Shown: positions 46,389 through 56,402 of the stretch, in pieces
How the letters are laid out: every line of letters begins with the position of its first letter
How positions within the stretch are numbered: position 1 is the stretch's first letter
From: an uncultured Thiotrichales bacterium
GTDB taxonomy: Bacteria; Pseudomonadota; Gammaproteobacteria; Francisellales; CACEW01
DNA length: 64,000 nucleotides
Assembly (NCBI GenBank): GCA_903870015.1
Contig: CAIQBE010000002.1
Coordinates: 45,863 to 109,862, forward strand
Direction: 5' to 3'
Position numbers and translations under genes: made by a program
Notes under the pieces: model-generated
The model's input: the letters and a program-made list of their open reading frames with translations, nothing else
Databases searched by the model: none
What the model was told of the DNA's origin: nothing

Positions 46389-48035
46389 GTCTTTCTTCAA
46401 AATCTTACCCACATTGCTTTTAGGTAAGCTATCCACAAACTCAACCTCATGCGGTACTTTGTAGGCCACGAGGCGATCATGACAAAATTTAATAACATCC
46501 TCTTTGGTGATTGGATGGTTTAGTTCCCGCACAATAATGGCTTTTACCACTTCGCCATGAAGTTCGTTAGGGATGCCAATCACCGCAACCTCGTTGACCC
46601 CAGGCAGGGTTTTGATTAAATCTTCAACTTCATTGGGAAAGACTTTAAAGCCAGAGACAATAATCATGTCCTTGAGCCGATCAACAATAAACACAAAGCC
46701 TTGTTTGTCCATGTACGCAGCATCGCCCGTTCTGAGCCAGCCATCGAGCTTTAAAACTTTTTGAGTTTCAGTATCGTTTTGCCAGTAACCTTGCATCACT
46801 TGCGGCCCATGCACGCAAAGTTCGCCGGTCGTGCCAGGAGGGAGTTCGTGGCCTTCAGAATCGCAAATGGCTACCTCAGTGGATGGTACGGGCAAGCCAA
46901 CGCTGCCAGTAAATTTTTTGGCTTTTACTGGATTAATACAAACGACAGGGGAGGCCTCGGTTAGGCCATAGCCTTGGCTAATAACACATCCGGTCACCGC
47001 TTGCCACTGATCCGCTACTTTTTGTTGCACTGCCATGCCCCCGGCAATCGTCATTTTTAAACGGCTAAAATCAAGCTTGCAAAAATCCTCTTGATGCAAT
47101 AGCGCGTTAAATAAAGTATTGACACCATTAATGCAGGTAAAGCTCGATGTTTTAAGGACTTTAATAAAATGGGTCATATCACGCGGATCAGCAATAAGCA
47201 CGCTTTTGCCACCCAATTTCATAAACACAAAATTATTTACCATCAGAGAAAAAATATGATAGAGCGGTAGGGCGGTGATAATCGTTTCTTTGCCCTCAAC
47301 CAAATCTTCGCGAATCCAAGAGCAGCATTGCATGACATTACACATCATATTTTTATGGGTGAGCATCGCGCCTTTAGGAAGGCCGGTTGTGCCACCTGTA
47401 TACTGAATAAACGCCAAGTCATAAGGGCTGACGGCAACGGGGAAAAAGCTATGTTGGGCGCCATGGGCAAGCGCACTCATAAAGGTGGTTTGTCCAGGAA
47501 AATGTGCGCGGGGAATCGCTTTTTTGATATAACGCAAATATAAATTAATCGCAAGACCCTTGGGCCAAGATTGCAAATCACCGGCGCGGGCGATGATCAC
47601 TTGCTGCAGTGAGGTTGTGCTAACGATAGGAAGTAATTCCGTGACAAAATTATCCAGAACGACTAAGGCTTTGGCGCCAGAGTCAGCCAACTCACGCTGC
47701 AACGATGGGCTTTTGTCTAAAGGATTCAGGTTCACCAAAACCAAACCCGCCAAGAGCGCGCCAAAAACGGCAATAGGATATTGGAGCATGTTGGGGAGCA
47801 TAATCGCTAGGCGCTCGCCCTTTTTTAACTTCAGTTCATGAATACAAAAATTCGCAAAATGCTGGGCATGGAGTCTAAACTCACCATAAGTTAAAGTTTG
47901 ATCCATAAAACTATAAGCGGGGCAGGCCGAAAATTGTGTGCAAGCGTTAAAAAAAAGCGTGTGCAGGGTCTCGCCCTCATAATCAATATAGTTAGGCACA
48001 CTTGAAGGGTAGCTCTTTAGCCAAAAGGTATCCAT
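46380..48035 (-). CDS. fadD: long-chain-fatty-acid--CoA ligase
   Basis: AMP-binding motif IQYTGGTTGLPKGAMLTHKN, GYGLTE, TGD, and the C-terminal KSNVGKILKKDLR. Confidence 0.85.
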   Translation of the reverse strand: MDTFWLKSYPSSVPNYIDYEGETLHTLFFNACTQFSACPAYSFMDQTLTYGEFRLHAQHFANFCIHELKLKKGERLAIMLPNMLQYPIAVFGALLAGLVLVNLNPLDKSPSLQRELADSGAKALVVLDNFVTELLPIVSTTSLQQVIIARAGDLQSWPKGLAINLYLRYIKKAIPRAHFPGQTTFMSALAHGAQHSFFPVAVSPYDLAFIQYTGGTTGLPKGAMLTHKNMMCNVMQCCSWIREDLVEGKETIITALPLYHIFSLMVNNFVFMKLGGKSVLIADPRDMTHFIKVLKTSSFTCINGVNTLFNALLHQEDFCKLDFSRLKMTIAGGMAVQQKVADQWQAVTGCVISQGYGLTEASPVVCINPVKAKKFTGSVGLPVPSTEVAICDSEGHELPPGTTGELCVHGPQVMQGYWQNDTETQKVLKLDGWLRTGDAAYMDKQGFVFIVDRLKDMIIVSGFKVFPNEVEDLIKTLPGVNEVAVIGIPNELHGEVVKAIIVRELNHPITKEDVIKFCHDRLVAYKVPHEVEFVDSLPKSNVGKILKKDLR

Positions 48036-48078
48036 GATTCCTCCGCTCTATGCACTATTATACTAACATAACCGCACC

Positions 48079-48107
48079 CTTGAAATCATCATGGGTCATC
48101 CCCATCT
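48079..48107 (+). promoter_or_regulatory. sigma-32 (RpoH) heat-shock promoter for grpE-dnaK-dnaJ
   Basis: CTTGAAA (48079-48085), 14-nt spacer, CCCCATCT (48100-48107). This matches the consensus CTTGAAA-N13-15-CCCCATnT exactly and lies 36 nt before the grpE ATG. Confidence 0.8.
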
Positions 48108-48142
48108 TTAAATACAGGATAACTGTAAACAAGGAAATGACC

Positions 48143-48670
48143 ATGTCAGATGCTGAAAAAAATACCGACGAAGCCAAGCCATTATTGGCTCATGAGCAGA
48201 TCGAAGCCTTGCAAAAAGAGCTTGAAACCGAAAAGACCCGTGCCAATGATAATTGGGATAAGTTATTACGTGCTGTAGCCGAGCTTGAAAATGCCAAGCG
48301 CCGTGCCGAAAAAGATGTTGCCAGCGCCCATAAATATGCGTTGGAACGATTTGTAGATCAGCTAGTACCTGTCCTTGATAGTCTAGAGCAAGCATTGGCG
48401 AGCTTCAATCAGAGTCATGATGCTAATTCAATGCGTTCGGGTATCGAGTTAACTTTAAAAATGTTTACTGAGGCCTTGGCTAAATTTGGTGTGGTTGAGT
48501 TGAATCCGGTCGATGCACCATTTAACCCCCAGTTGCACGAAGCCATGTCAATGCAGGAAGTGGCGGATAAGCCAAACAATAGTGTCATTATGGTCTTGCA
48601 AAAAGGCTATCAGCTGAATGACCGTGTGATTCGTCCAGCCAGAGTGATTGTGGCAAAAAACCCCTCTTGA
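48143..48670 (+). CDS. grpE: nucleotide exchange factor GrpE
   Basis: LLRAVAELENAKRRAEKD...GYQLNDRVIRPARVIV. ATG at 48143 is 7 nt after AAGGA; the track ORF start at 48050 would overlap the promoter. Confidence 0.9.
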   Translation: MSDAEKNTDEAKPLLAHEQIEALQKELETEKTRANDNWDKLLRAVAELENAKRRAEKDVASAHKYALERFVDQLVPVLDSLEQALASFNQSHDANSMRSGIELTLKMFTEALAKFGVVELNPVDAPFNPQLHEAMSMQEVADKPNNSVIMVLQKGYQLNDRVIRPARVIVAKNPS

Positions 48671-48738
48671 AATTTAAGAGCAGTGCCACCATTTAATAGT
48701 TGATGTGATAAAAACAGTTTAAAACAGGAGAAAATATT

Positions 48739-50715
48739 ATGGGAAAAATCATAGGTATTGATTTAGGAACAACTAATTCTTGCGTATCGGTTATGGAGGG
48801 TAAGACCTGGCGCGTGATCGAAAACTCAGAAGGTGCACGTACCACCCCATCAATCGTAGCCTATACCGAAGAGGGCGAAATTTTGGTTGGCCAAGCAGCA
48901 AAACGCCAAGCGGTGACCAATCCTAAAAACACCTTTATTGAAGTAAAGCGCTTGATCGGTCGTAAGTTCGATGATGGCGAAATTCAAAAACATGTTGTGC
49001 CCCACATGGCTTACAAAATTATCAAAGCTGAAAATGGCGATGCGTGGGTCGAAGACACCAAAGCTAACAAAAAAGCACCGCCCCAAATTTCTGCTGAAGT
49101 CTTGCGCAAAATGAAAAAAACTGCCGAAGATTTCTTAGGCGAGGCGGTAACTGAAGCCGTAATTACCGTACCTGCTTATTTTAACGATGCACAACGTCAA
49201 GCCACCAAAGATGCAGGTCGTATTGCTGGTCTTGAAGTAAAGCGTATTATTAACGAGCCTACCGCTGCGGCATTGGCTTACGGTATGGATAAAAATGCCA
49301 AGGCCGATTCTATCGTTGCAGTCTATGACTTAGGGGGCGGTACTTTTGACGTCTCGATCATCGAAATTGCTAAAGTCGATGGCGAGAGCCAAATCGAAGT
49401 ATTGGCAACGAATGGCGATACCTTCTTGGGTGGGTCTGACTTTGACCGCCGTTTGACCGAATATTTAGTGGAAGAGTTCCAAAAAGAGTCTGGCATTGAT
49501 CTTAAAAAAGATATGCTCGCCATGCAGCGTTTACGGGAAGCGGCAGAAAAAGCCAAAATCGAACTTTCTTCAAGCCAACAAACTGATATTAATCTACCAT
49601 ACATCACTGCTGATGCATCAGGGCCCAAGCATTTAACTTTAAAAATCACTCGGGCAAAATTTGAGTCCTTGGTTGAAGACTTGATCAAAAAAAGCATGGA
49701 GCCTTGCAAAAAAGCCTTGGCCGATGCAAAGTTATCTGTTTCCAAAATTGATGAAGTAATTTTGGTGGGTGGGCAAACCCGTATGCCCAAAGTACAAGAA
49801 GTGGTAAAAGACTTCTTTGGCAAAGAGCCTCGTAAAGATGTCAATCCTGATGAAGCGGTAGCGATCGGCGCTGCGATCCAGGGCGGCGTATTATCCGGTG
49901 AGGTTAAAGACGTCTTGTTATTAGATGTAACACCATTGTCCTTAGGGATCGAAACCATGGGCGGCGTAATGACCAAGCTCATCGAGCGCAATACCACCAT
50001 TCCTACCAAAAAAGGCCAAACATTCTCAACCGCCGATGATAATCAAGGGGCAGTGACCATTCATGTCTTACAAGGTGAGCGTGAAGTAGCAAGTGCCAAC
50101 AAATCTTTAGGTCGTTTTGATTTAACCGGTATCCCTCCTGCACCTCGTGGTATGCCACAAATCGAAGTTACTTTTGACATCGACGCCAACGGTATCCTAA
50201 ACGTGTCGGCTAAGGATAAAGCTACCAACAAAGAGCAATCCATCGTGATTCGCGCTGCAAGTGGTTTATCTGAAGAGGAAGTGAACAAAATGGTGAAAGA
50301 TGCAGAAGCGAATGCCGAGGAAGATAAAAAATTCCATGAGCTTGCCAATGCTCGTAACCAAGCCGATGCGCTTATCCATAGCAGTCGTAAATCCTTGAGC
50401 GATTTAGGCGATAAAGTCCCAGGCGAAGATCGTATGAAAATTGAAAACGCTATCAAAGATTTAGAAGAGGTTGCAAAAGGCGATAACAAAGAAGTCATCG
50501 AAACACGCGCCAAGGCATTATCTGATGCTTCAGCAAAACTTGCTGAAATGCTTTATGCGCAACAAGGCCCAGCCGGTGCTGATGCAGGTGCTACAGAGCA
50601 AGCAGCAGAGGCAGGCGCCGCTGATGCCGCTGAAGGCAATACCGTCGATGCTGAGTTTGAAGAAGTCAAAGACGAGCCAAAAGAAGACAAGAAAAAAGGC
50701 AAAAAAGGTAAATAG
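48739..50715 (+). CDS. dnaK: chaperone DnaK (Hsp70)
   Basis: [30 protein letters not shown]; acidic/Lys-rich tail. Confidence 0.98.
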   Translation: MGKIIGIDLGTTNSCVSVMEGKTWRVIENSEGARTTPSIVAYTEEGEILVGQAAKRQAVTNPKNTFIEVKRLIGRKFDDGEIQKHVVPHMAYKIIKAENGDAWVEDTKANKKAPPQISAEVLRKMKKTAEDFLGEAVTEAVITVPAYFNDAQRQATKDAGRIAGLEVKRIINEPTAAALAYGMDKNAKADSIVAVYDLGGGTFDVSIIEIAKVDGESQIEVLATNGDTFLGGSDFDRRLTEYLVEEFQKESGIDLKKDMLAMQRLREAAEKAKIELSSSQQTDINLPYITADASGPKHLTLKITRAKFESLVEDLIKKSMEPCKKALADAKLSVSKIDEVILVGGQTRMPKVQEVVKDFFGKEPRKDVNPDEAVAIGAAIQGGVLSGEVKDVLLLDVTPLSLGIETMGGVMTKLIERNTTIPTKKGQTFSTADDNQGAVTIHVLQGEREVASANKSLGRFDLTGIPPAPRGMPQIEVTFDIDANGILNVSAKDKATNKEQSIVIRAASGLSEEEVNKMVKDAEANAEEDKKFHELANARNQADALIHSSRKSLSDLGDKVPGEDRMKIENAIKDLEEVAKGDNKEVIETRAKALSDASAKLAEMLYAQQGPAGADAGATEQAAEAGAADAAEGNTVDAEFEEVKDEPKEDKKKGKKGK

Positions 50716-50729
50716 CCTTAAGGAATCTC

Positions 50730-51884
50730 ATGGCAAAGCGTGATTATTATGAAGTGTTGGGCCTGCAAAAAGGCGCGGCAGAAGATGAAATTAAAAAAGC
50801 GTATCGGCGCTTGGCAATGAAGCACCACCCTGACAAAAATCAGGGTGACAAAGAAGCTGAAGAAAAATTTAAAGAGGTCAATGAAGCCTATGAGGTTCTA
50901 AGCGACGCTAAAAAGCGTGGGCTATATGATCAAATGGGGCATGCTGGCGTTGATCCTTCGATGGGTGGTGCGGGCGCTGGCGGCTTCCATGGTTTTCGTC
51001 AGGGTCGTGGCGGCGCTGCAGATTTCTCTGATGCCTTTGGCGATATCTTTGGTGATATTTTTGGGGGTGGTCGAGGCGGTCAGCGTCAACAGCAGAGCGT
51101 TCGTGGTTCAGATTTAAAGTATCGCGTCGATATTACCTTCGAAGAAGCCTATCACGGTACGAGCAAAAATATCCATTTTTCTGCTTATAGCGACTGTGAG
51201 CCTTGTGATGGTTCTGGTGCGAAAGCTGGCAGCGGTAAAACTACCTGTAATACCTGTCATGGTCAAGGCGTGGTACGCATGCAGCAAGGTTTTTTTGCAG
51301 TTCAACAAACCTGCCCCACCTGTCATGGGGCTGGACAAATGATTAAAGATCCTTGTACTTCTTGTCAGGGTCAGGGACGTGTACACACTAAACGCGAGCT
51401 TTCAGTAAAAATTCCCGCAGGGATCGATACCGGCGATCGTGTACGTTTAGCCGGTGAAGGCGACTCTGGTGGTCACTCGGGAACGTCCGGGGATTTATAT
51501 GTCGAAGTTCATGTCAAACAAAACCCATTATTTACGCGCGAGGGTGTCAATCTGCATTGCGAAGTGCCGATTAGTTTTGTAACGGCAGCTTTGGGGGGCG
51601 AGATCGAGATTCCCACGGTCGATGGTAAAGTGAATTTAAAAATTCCCGAAGGCACGCAAAGCGATAAGATCTTTAGGCTGCGTGGCAAAGGCTTTAAGTC
51701 TTTGCGTGGCTCTGCTGTGGGTGATTTGCTCTGTGAGGTGAACATCGAAACCCCAGTCAATCTCACCGACAAGCAAAAAAGCTTATTAAAAGAATTCGAC
51801 CAGTTGGTGCAAGAGGGCGGACAAAAACACAGCCCTAAATCTTCGAGCTGGTTTGAAGGCGTGAAGAAGTTTTTCTCGGCCTAA
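50730..51884 (+). CDS. dnaJ: chaperone DnaJ
   Basis: J-domain HPD (KHHPDKN), G/F region, and four CxxCxGxG zinc-finger repeats. Confidence 0.97.
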   Translation: MAKRDYYEVLGLQKGAAEDEIKKAYRRLAMKHHPDKNQGDKEAEEKFKEVNEAYEVLSDAKKRGLYDQMGHAGVDPSMGGAGAGGFHGFRQGRGGAADFSDAFGDIFGDIFGGGRGGQRQQQSVRGSDLKYRVDITFEEAYHGTSKNIHFSAYSDCEPCDGSGAKAGSGKTTCNTCHGQGVVRMQQGFFAVQQTCPTCHGAGQMIKDPCTSCQGQGRVHTKRELSVKIPAGIDTGDRVRLAGEGDSGGHSGTSGDLYVEVHVKQNPLFTREGVNLHCEVPISFVTAALGGEIEIPTVDGKVNLKIPEGTQSDKIFRLRGKGFKSLRGSAVGDLLCEVNIETPVNLTDKQKSLLKEFDQLVQEGGQKHSPKSSSWFEGVKKFFSA

Positions 51885-51890
51885 ACAAAA

Positions 51891-52016
51891 GCCCGTCGTC
51901 CTGATAATGCACAGCATTCATCAAGATCCAAAAAAAACCGTCAGGCATAATCCTCCCTGCGTCATCCTTGACGCCCATGGGGTGGGTAGCTGCGGAAAAT
52001 TCGAAGGACGACGAGC
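51891..52016. other. structured intergenic element: long-range stem enclosing about 100 nt between convergent dnaJ and nadA
   Basis: AAAA-gcccgtcgtcc (51891-51901) pairs 10 of 11 with ggacgacgagc-CTTTTTT (52006-52016). Internal small hairpins are present, e.g. cgtca-tcct-tgacg. Confidence 0.35.
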
Positions 52017-52021
52017 CTTTT

Positions 52022-53047
52022 TTAACTTACAAAATTCACCATACGATTAAGCGGGATCAACGCTTGCTTAATTGTTGCATCGGCAACAAAAACTTCGTTG
52101 GTCTCGTCCCTTAAACTCTCATAAAGATTTTTCAGAGAATTCATCGCCATCCAGGGGCAGTGCGCGCAGCTTCGGCATGTAGCGCCTGTGCCACCTGTCG
52201 GCGCTTCGATAAATAGCTTCTCGGGTGAGGCTTGGCGCATTTTGTAAAAAATACCCCGATCGGTCGCTACAATAAAGATGGTGTTGGGTAAGGTTTGACT
52301 GGCTTTCAATAATTGCGACGTCGATCCCACTACATCAGCAAGTGCAATCACGGCCTCAGGAGACTCTGGGTGTACGAGGATTGCAGCCTCGGGATGCTTG
52401 GCTTTGAGGTCTTTTAAAGCATTGGCTTTAAACTCTTCGTGCACAATACAGGAACCTTGCCACAAAAGCATATCTGCTTTGGTTTCACGTTGAATATAAG
52501 CGCCCAAATATTTATCCGGCGCCCAAATGAATTTATGGCCTTCGGCCTGTAAATGCTTAATCACATTTACCGCAATGCTAGAAGTCACTACCCAATCGGC
52601 CATGGCTTTAATGTCCGCTGAAGTATTGGCATAGACAACGATAGTACGATCAGGATGGTCTTTGATAAATTGTGCGAACTCTTGGGGCTGGCAGCTAATA
52701 TCAAGAGAGCAAGTCGCGCTTAAGGTTGGCATCAAAACTTTTTTCTCAGGGCTTAAAATTTTAGCGGTTTCGCCCATAAATTTGACCCCTGCAACAATCA
52801 AAGTCGTCGCCGGATTGCGCGCGCCAAAGCGGGCCATTTCGAGTGAGTCTGCGACAACGCCACCAGTTTCTTCGGCCAATCTTTGGATTTCATCATCAAC
52901 ATAATAATGCGAGACAATCACCGCATTTTTAGCTTTCAGCAAAGCTTTAATTTTAGTGCGATAGTCTGCATTTTCACTGGGGGTAAGTTGTGGTGCCACA
53001 GTTTTAGGCCAATAACTATCCAAACGAGGTTCAAATTTTGCTTCCAT
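52022..53047 (-). CDS. nadA: quinolinate synthase A
   Basis: [11 protein letters not shown], three-fold repeat architecture, and FeS cysteines (CSLD..., [17 protein letters not shown]). Confidence 0.9.
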   Translation of the reverse strand: MEAKFEPRLDSYWPKTVAPQLTPSENADYRTKIKALLKAKNAVIVSHYYVDDEIQRLAEETGGVVADSLEMARFGARNPATTLIVAGVKFMGETAKILSPEKKVLMPTLSATCSLDISCQPQEFAQFIKDHPDRTIVVYANTSADIKAMADWVVTSSIAVNVIKHLQAEGHKFIWAPDKYLGAYIQRETKADMLLWQGSCIVHEEFKANALKDLKAKHPEAAILVHPESPEAVIALADVVGSTSQLLKASQTLPNTIFIVATDRGIFYKMRQASPEKLFIEAPTGGTGATCRSCAHCPWMAMNSLKNLYESLRDETNEVFVADATIKQALIPLNRMVNFVS

Positions 53048-53066
53048 GGTGTATCCTCGAGCTTAA

Positions 53067-53666
53067 TCAGCGCACCATATTTTGTAGGGCGAGCTTAATC
53101 AGCGTCTCACTTGAGTGGTCAACATTATAACACTTTTCTACGGATTTTGAAGCATCCGTAGGTTTGTAGCCTAAGGCCACCAAGGCGTTAATGGCATCAT
53201 CTTTGGGCGAGGCATTATCCATGCTTAGTGCGCCATCAAATTTAGGCGCGCTTTTGTCATTAAAGGTTTTTAAGCGATCGCGCAATTCAATAATCAAGCG
53301 CTCAGCAGTTTTGCGGCCAATGCCAGGGATTTTGATGAGCATAGCAATATTTTCTTTAAGCACGCACTGAATCACATCCTGAGCATTCATGCCCGAAAGA
53401 ATTCCGAGCGCCGTACGCGCACCTACGCCATTGACTTTGAGTAGGGTGCGAAACAAGCGTCGATCATATTCATTTAAAAAGCCAAACAGCTGATGCGCAT
53501 CTTCACGCACAGCAAAGTGGGTGTAGAGCGTGAGTTTTGAGCCAATCGTGGGCAGCTCAAAAAAAGTGGTCATAGGAACATCAACTTCATAGCCAACGCC
53601 TTGAATATCAATAACCACCGTGGGGGCATCCTTGGCTAATAAAATCCCGGTTAAACAGCTGATCAT
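53067..53666 (-). CDS. ruvA: Holliday junction helicase subunit RuvA
   Basis: MISCLTGIL...GVGYEV..., HhH repeats LLKVNGVGARTAL and IPGIGRKTAERLI. Confidence 0.93.
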   Translation of the reverse strand: MISCLTGILLAKDAPTVVIDIQGVGYEVDVPMTTFFELPTIGSKLTLYTHFAVREDAHQLFGFLNEYDRRLFRTLLKVNGVGARTALGILSGMNAQDVIQCVLKENIAMLIKIPGIGRKTAERLIIELRDRLKTFNDKSAPKFDGALSMDNASPKDDAINALVALGYKPTDASKSVEKCYNVDHSSETLIKLALQNMVR

Positions 53667-54181
53667 AAAAGTCGTCCTCGTACAGTTTTGGTGGCGCCGT
53701 GTAAATATAGCAGGCTTTGCTGCGTGTGAAAATGGCAGAGCGCGATAGCGAGGGCGTCGGCAGCATCGCTTTGCAAGGGCCGATCAATGTTCAATAATAC
53801 TTTCACCATATGCGCAACCTGCGATTTGTCGGCAGCGCCATAGCCAACAACGGATTGCTTCACTTGTTTGGCAGAATATTCGGCGACTTCTAAATCATGC
53901 ATGGCCAAAGCCGTCATGGCCGCGCCACGCGCTTGGCCAAGCTTTAATGCTGATGCAGCATTTTTATTCATAAACGTTTGTTCAATCGCGCTTGTGGTGG
54001 GTGCATATTCTTGAATAATTTCGCTAATGCCCTGATAAATTTCTTTAAGCTTTAGATAAGGGAGTTCGGCTTTGATTTTGATGGCGCCGCTCGCTATATA
54101 AACCGGTTTTTTATTAACAATTTCAATTAAGCCAAAGCCTGTAACAATCGAGCCGGGGTCAATGCCAATAATTTTCATCAA
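53663..54181 (-). CDS. ruvC: Holliday junction resolvase RuvC
   Basis: IIGIDPGSIVTGFG, AIEQTFMNKN, SDAADALAIALCH. Confidence 0.93.
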   Translation of the reverse strand: MMKIIGIDPGSIVTGFGLIEIVNKKPVYIASGAIKIKAELPYLKLKEIYQGISEIIQEYAPTTSAIEQTFMNKNAASALKLGQARGAAMTALAMHDLEVAEYSAKQVKQSVVGYGAADKSQVAHMVKVLLNIDRPLQSDAADALAIALCHFHTQQSLLYLHGATKTVRGRLL

Positions 54182-54907
54182 TTATGATTCATCAATAGAG
54201 GCATTGGCATAAACGTTTTGCACATCATCCAATTCTTCTAAGGCGTCAATCATTTTAAAAAATTTCTCAGCAAGTTCGCCACTTAAAGCAGTTTGGGTCG
54301 AAGGCACCATCGTGACCTCGGCGCTTTCGGCTTTAAAATTTTTGGCTTCTAAGTTTTGCACCACAGTACTAAAATCATAAGGCTTGGTCAGCACTGAAAA
54401 AGAGCCATCATCATTATGGGTGACATCTTCCGCACCAGCATCAAGCGCTGCTTCCATAAGGGCATCTTCGTTTGTATTTTCTGGAAATTGCAAAACACCT
54501 TGCTCTTTAAACAGATACGCCACAGAGCCATCCGTGCCTAAGTTACCGCCATGTTTGTTAAAGGCGTGGCGTACCTCACCCACCGTGCGCGTGCGATTAT
54601 CGGTAAAGCAATCAACGATCACAGCCACGCCACCTGGGCCATAGCCCTCGTAACGAATTTGCTCAAGATTAGCACCATCATCACTGCCAAGGCCGCGTTT
54701 AATTGCACGATCAATGGTATCACGTGTCATGTTGTGCCCGAGCGCGGTTTGCACCGCCGTGCGTAAGCGCGAATTACTTTCGATTTCGCCGCCATTTCTC
54801 GCCGCAACGGTAATTTCGCGGATCAGGCGTGTAAAGATTTTGCCTTTTTTCGCATCCTGCGCCGCTTTACGATGTTTGGTATTCGCCCATTTGCTATGAC
54901 CTGCCAT
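54182..54907 (-). CDS. yebC: YebC/PmpR-family transcriptional regulator
   Basis: [32 protein letters not shown]. Start taken at this Met; the track ORF begins 11 codons earlier. Confidence 0.9.
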   Translation of the reverse strand: MAGHSKWANTKHRKAAQDAKKGKIFTRLIREITVAARNGGEIESNSRLRTAVQTALGHNMTRDTIDRAIKRGLGSDDGANLEQIRYEGYGPGGVAVIVDCFTDNRTRTVGEVRHAFNKHGGNLGTDGSVAYLFKEQGVLQFPENTNEDALMEAALDAGAEDVTHNDDGSFSVLTKPYDFSTVVQNLEAKNFKAESAEVTMVPSTQTALSGELAEKFFKMIDALEELDDVQNVYANASIDES

Positions 54908-55084
54908 GATGTATCCATTCCCTAAATAACTTATGTTCAAGGCATTTTACCATAATTTTTTAAGGAAATTAATCGGGGGGTGCTGCAAGGGCTAAAGATT
55001 CTCATGATGATGCCGTGATATTGGTTAATATTTGGATGAAAAAGAGAGTTATGGTAATATAATTAAAATTACTAAAATGAGTCA

Positions 55085-56305
55085 ATGATGCCAACTTTAT
55101 TTGTCTGTCACAGCGTGGGGGATACCAATGCCATAATGGCTGCCGCAAAGGCTTTTCTGAAAAAAGCACCTGAGGATGAGGCGTTAAAATTCTTATTGAT
55201 TGGAAAGGCTGCTGAGGAAAAGTTTAGGGCCTTGCCACCAGGAGATCTTTTTAACGATATCGCTCGCGTTGAATTGATTTATTTATCAAGGATTGTGGGT
55301 CCTGATAGAGCGGCAGCCCTTGAAAACGGTGAATTAATCCCTGAGGAGTTAGGTTTGATCAGCGCGCAACTGGGTGAGATCAATAAAGCCTTAATAGGCA
55401 CCCCTTCGCAAAATAACTGCATCGTGCCATTTCAAGTTGCAGGGCTTTTGGCCGATAGGCTGGAGCATGGCTGCATCTACAACGATTACTTATTTGAAGA
55501 AAAGGCTCATGCTTATTGGGGTGTGGTCGCTAAGGAAGACGACCGCTGGCTAAAAAAATATACATGGCTGCTACCTTTGCCTGGGGCCACAGAGTTGGTA
55601 CACAGCTTAAATCCTGCTTTGAGAGCCGAAAGCATAGGCCATCCAAGTATTGATAGCGCCATCACAGCACCGACTGATTCTGCATTAATATCGCGTACTC
55701 GTGGAGAATTAGAAATTGCAGAGGCGCAGGCGCTATTATTTATTTCGGGCACAAAAGATTTAGACGATGATCAAGCTTTGCTGTGGGAGCTCTATCACGC
55801 AATAGCAAGTGATGCGAAATATAAAAATATAGTCATTCGTATCGGCCTTCACCCTGGGGCTCCCGATTTATCCTCTTATGTAGCAAGCCTGCAAGCGCAA
55901 ATTCCTGAGGGGTTAAGAGATCGGGTGAAGCTCGTGATTACTCCTAAAGTAGAGGGTGCTTGTGCAGAGGGAGTTATTCGCCGCGAATTATGCATCTCAA
56001 AAGGTATTAGTGGCGACAATGCCGCAAATGCAGCCAATGCAGTTGCTTGCTCAGTGCCGGCAACGTTAGTCAACTCAGCGGCACTTCAGGGTAAGCCTGG
56101 ATTTTATCTTCAAGATAAAGAGCCATTTATTCAAGGGCGATTACTCGCAGGTCGCGCCAATGCGGTGCTATTTTTAGATCAGATTGCCTCGGCTAAAAAG
56201 CCAGAGCCAGCAACGAAAGGGGCGCTAGGCTTGTGTGAGGAAGCTGCTACTGAAATCATGGCAAAAATGCTTTTGTCGGCGCCAGATGGAGTCGGCGGGA
56301 GATAA
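55085..56305 (+). CDS. orphan soluble protein (406 aa), possible two-Rossmann-lobe (GT-B-like) fold
   Basis: I recognise no family. The N-terminus TLFVCHSVGDTNAIMAAAKAFLKK..FLLIGKAAEEKF and the later LLFISGTKD...VIRIGLHPG...CSVPATLVNSAALQGKPGFY loosely recall the GT-B (LpxB-like) layout. Ala-rich. Confidence 0.5.
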   Translation: MMPTLFVCHSVGDTNAIMAAAKAFLKKAPEDEALKFLLIGKAAEEKFRALPPGDLFNDIARVELIYLSRIVGPDRAAALENGELIPEELGLISAQLGEINKALIGTPSQNNCIVPFQVAGLLADRLEHGCIYNDYLFEEKAHAYWGVVAKEDDRWLKKYTWLLPLPGATELVHSLNPALRAESIGHPSIDSAITAPTDSALISRTRGELEIAEAQALLFISGTKDLDDDQALLWELYHAIASDAKYKNIVIRIGLHPGAPDLSSYVASLQAQIPEGLRDRVKLVITPKVEGACAEGVIRRELCISKGISGDNAANAANAVACSVPATLVNSAALQGKPGFYLQDKEPFIQGRLLAGRANAVLFLDQIASAKKPEPATKGALGLCEEAATEIMAKMLLSAPDGVGGR

Positions 56306-56402
56306 AAGCAGGCAAGGCGCTTGTGGCATCATTGATAAACTTAGGTTAAATGATTTATTCGTGTTAGGGTGCTTAAACTTTAACTAAACAACGGATAGTA
56401 TC

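Noticed and set aside
49323-50513. Long antisense ORFs (228 aa and 150 aa) within dnaK
   Set aside because: They are typical shadow ORFs opposite a highly conserved gene. Their Ser/Pro/Lys-rich composition mirrors the dnaK codons and no RBS is present.
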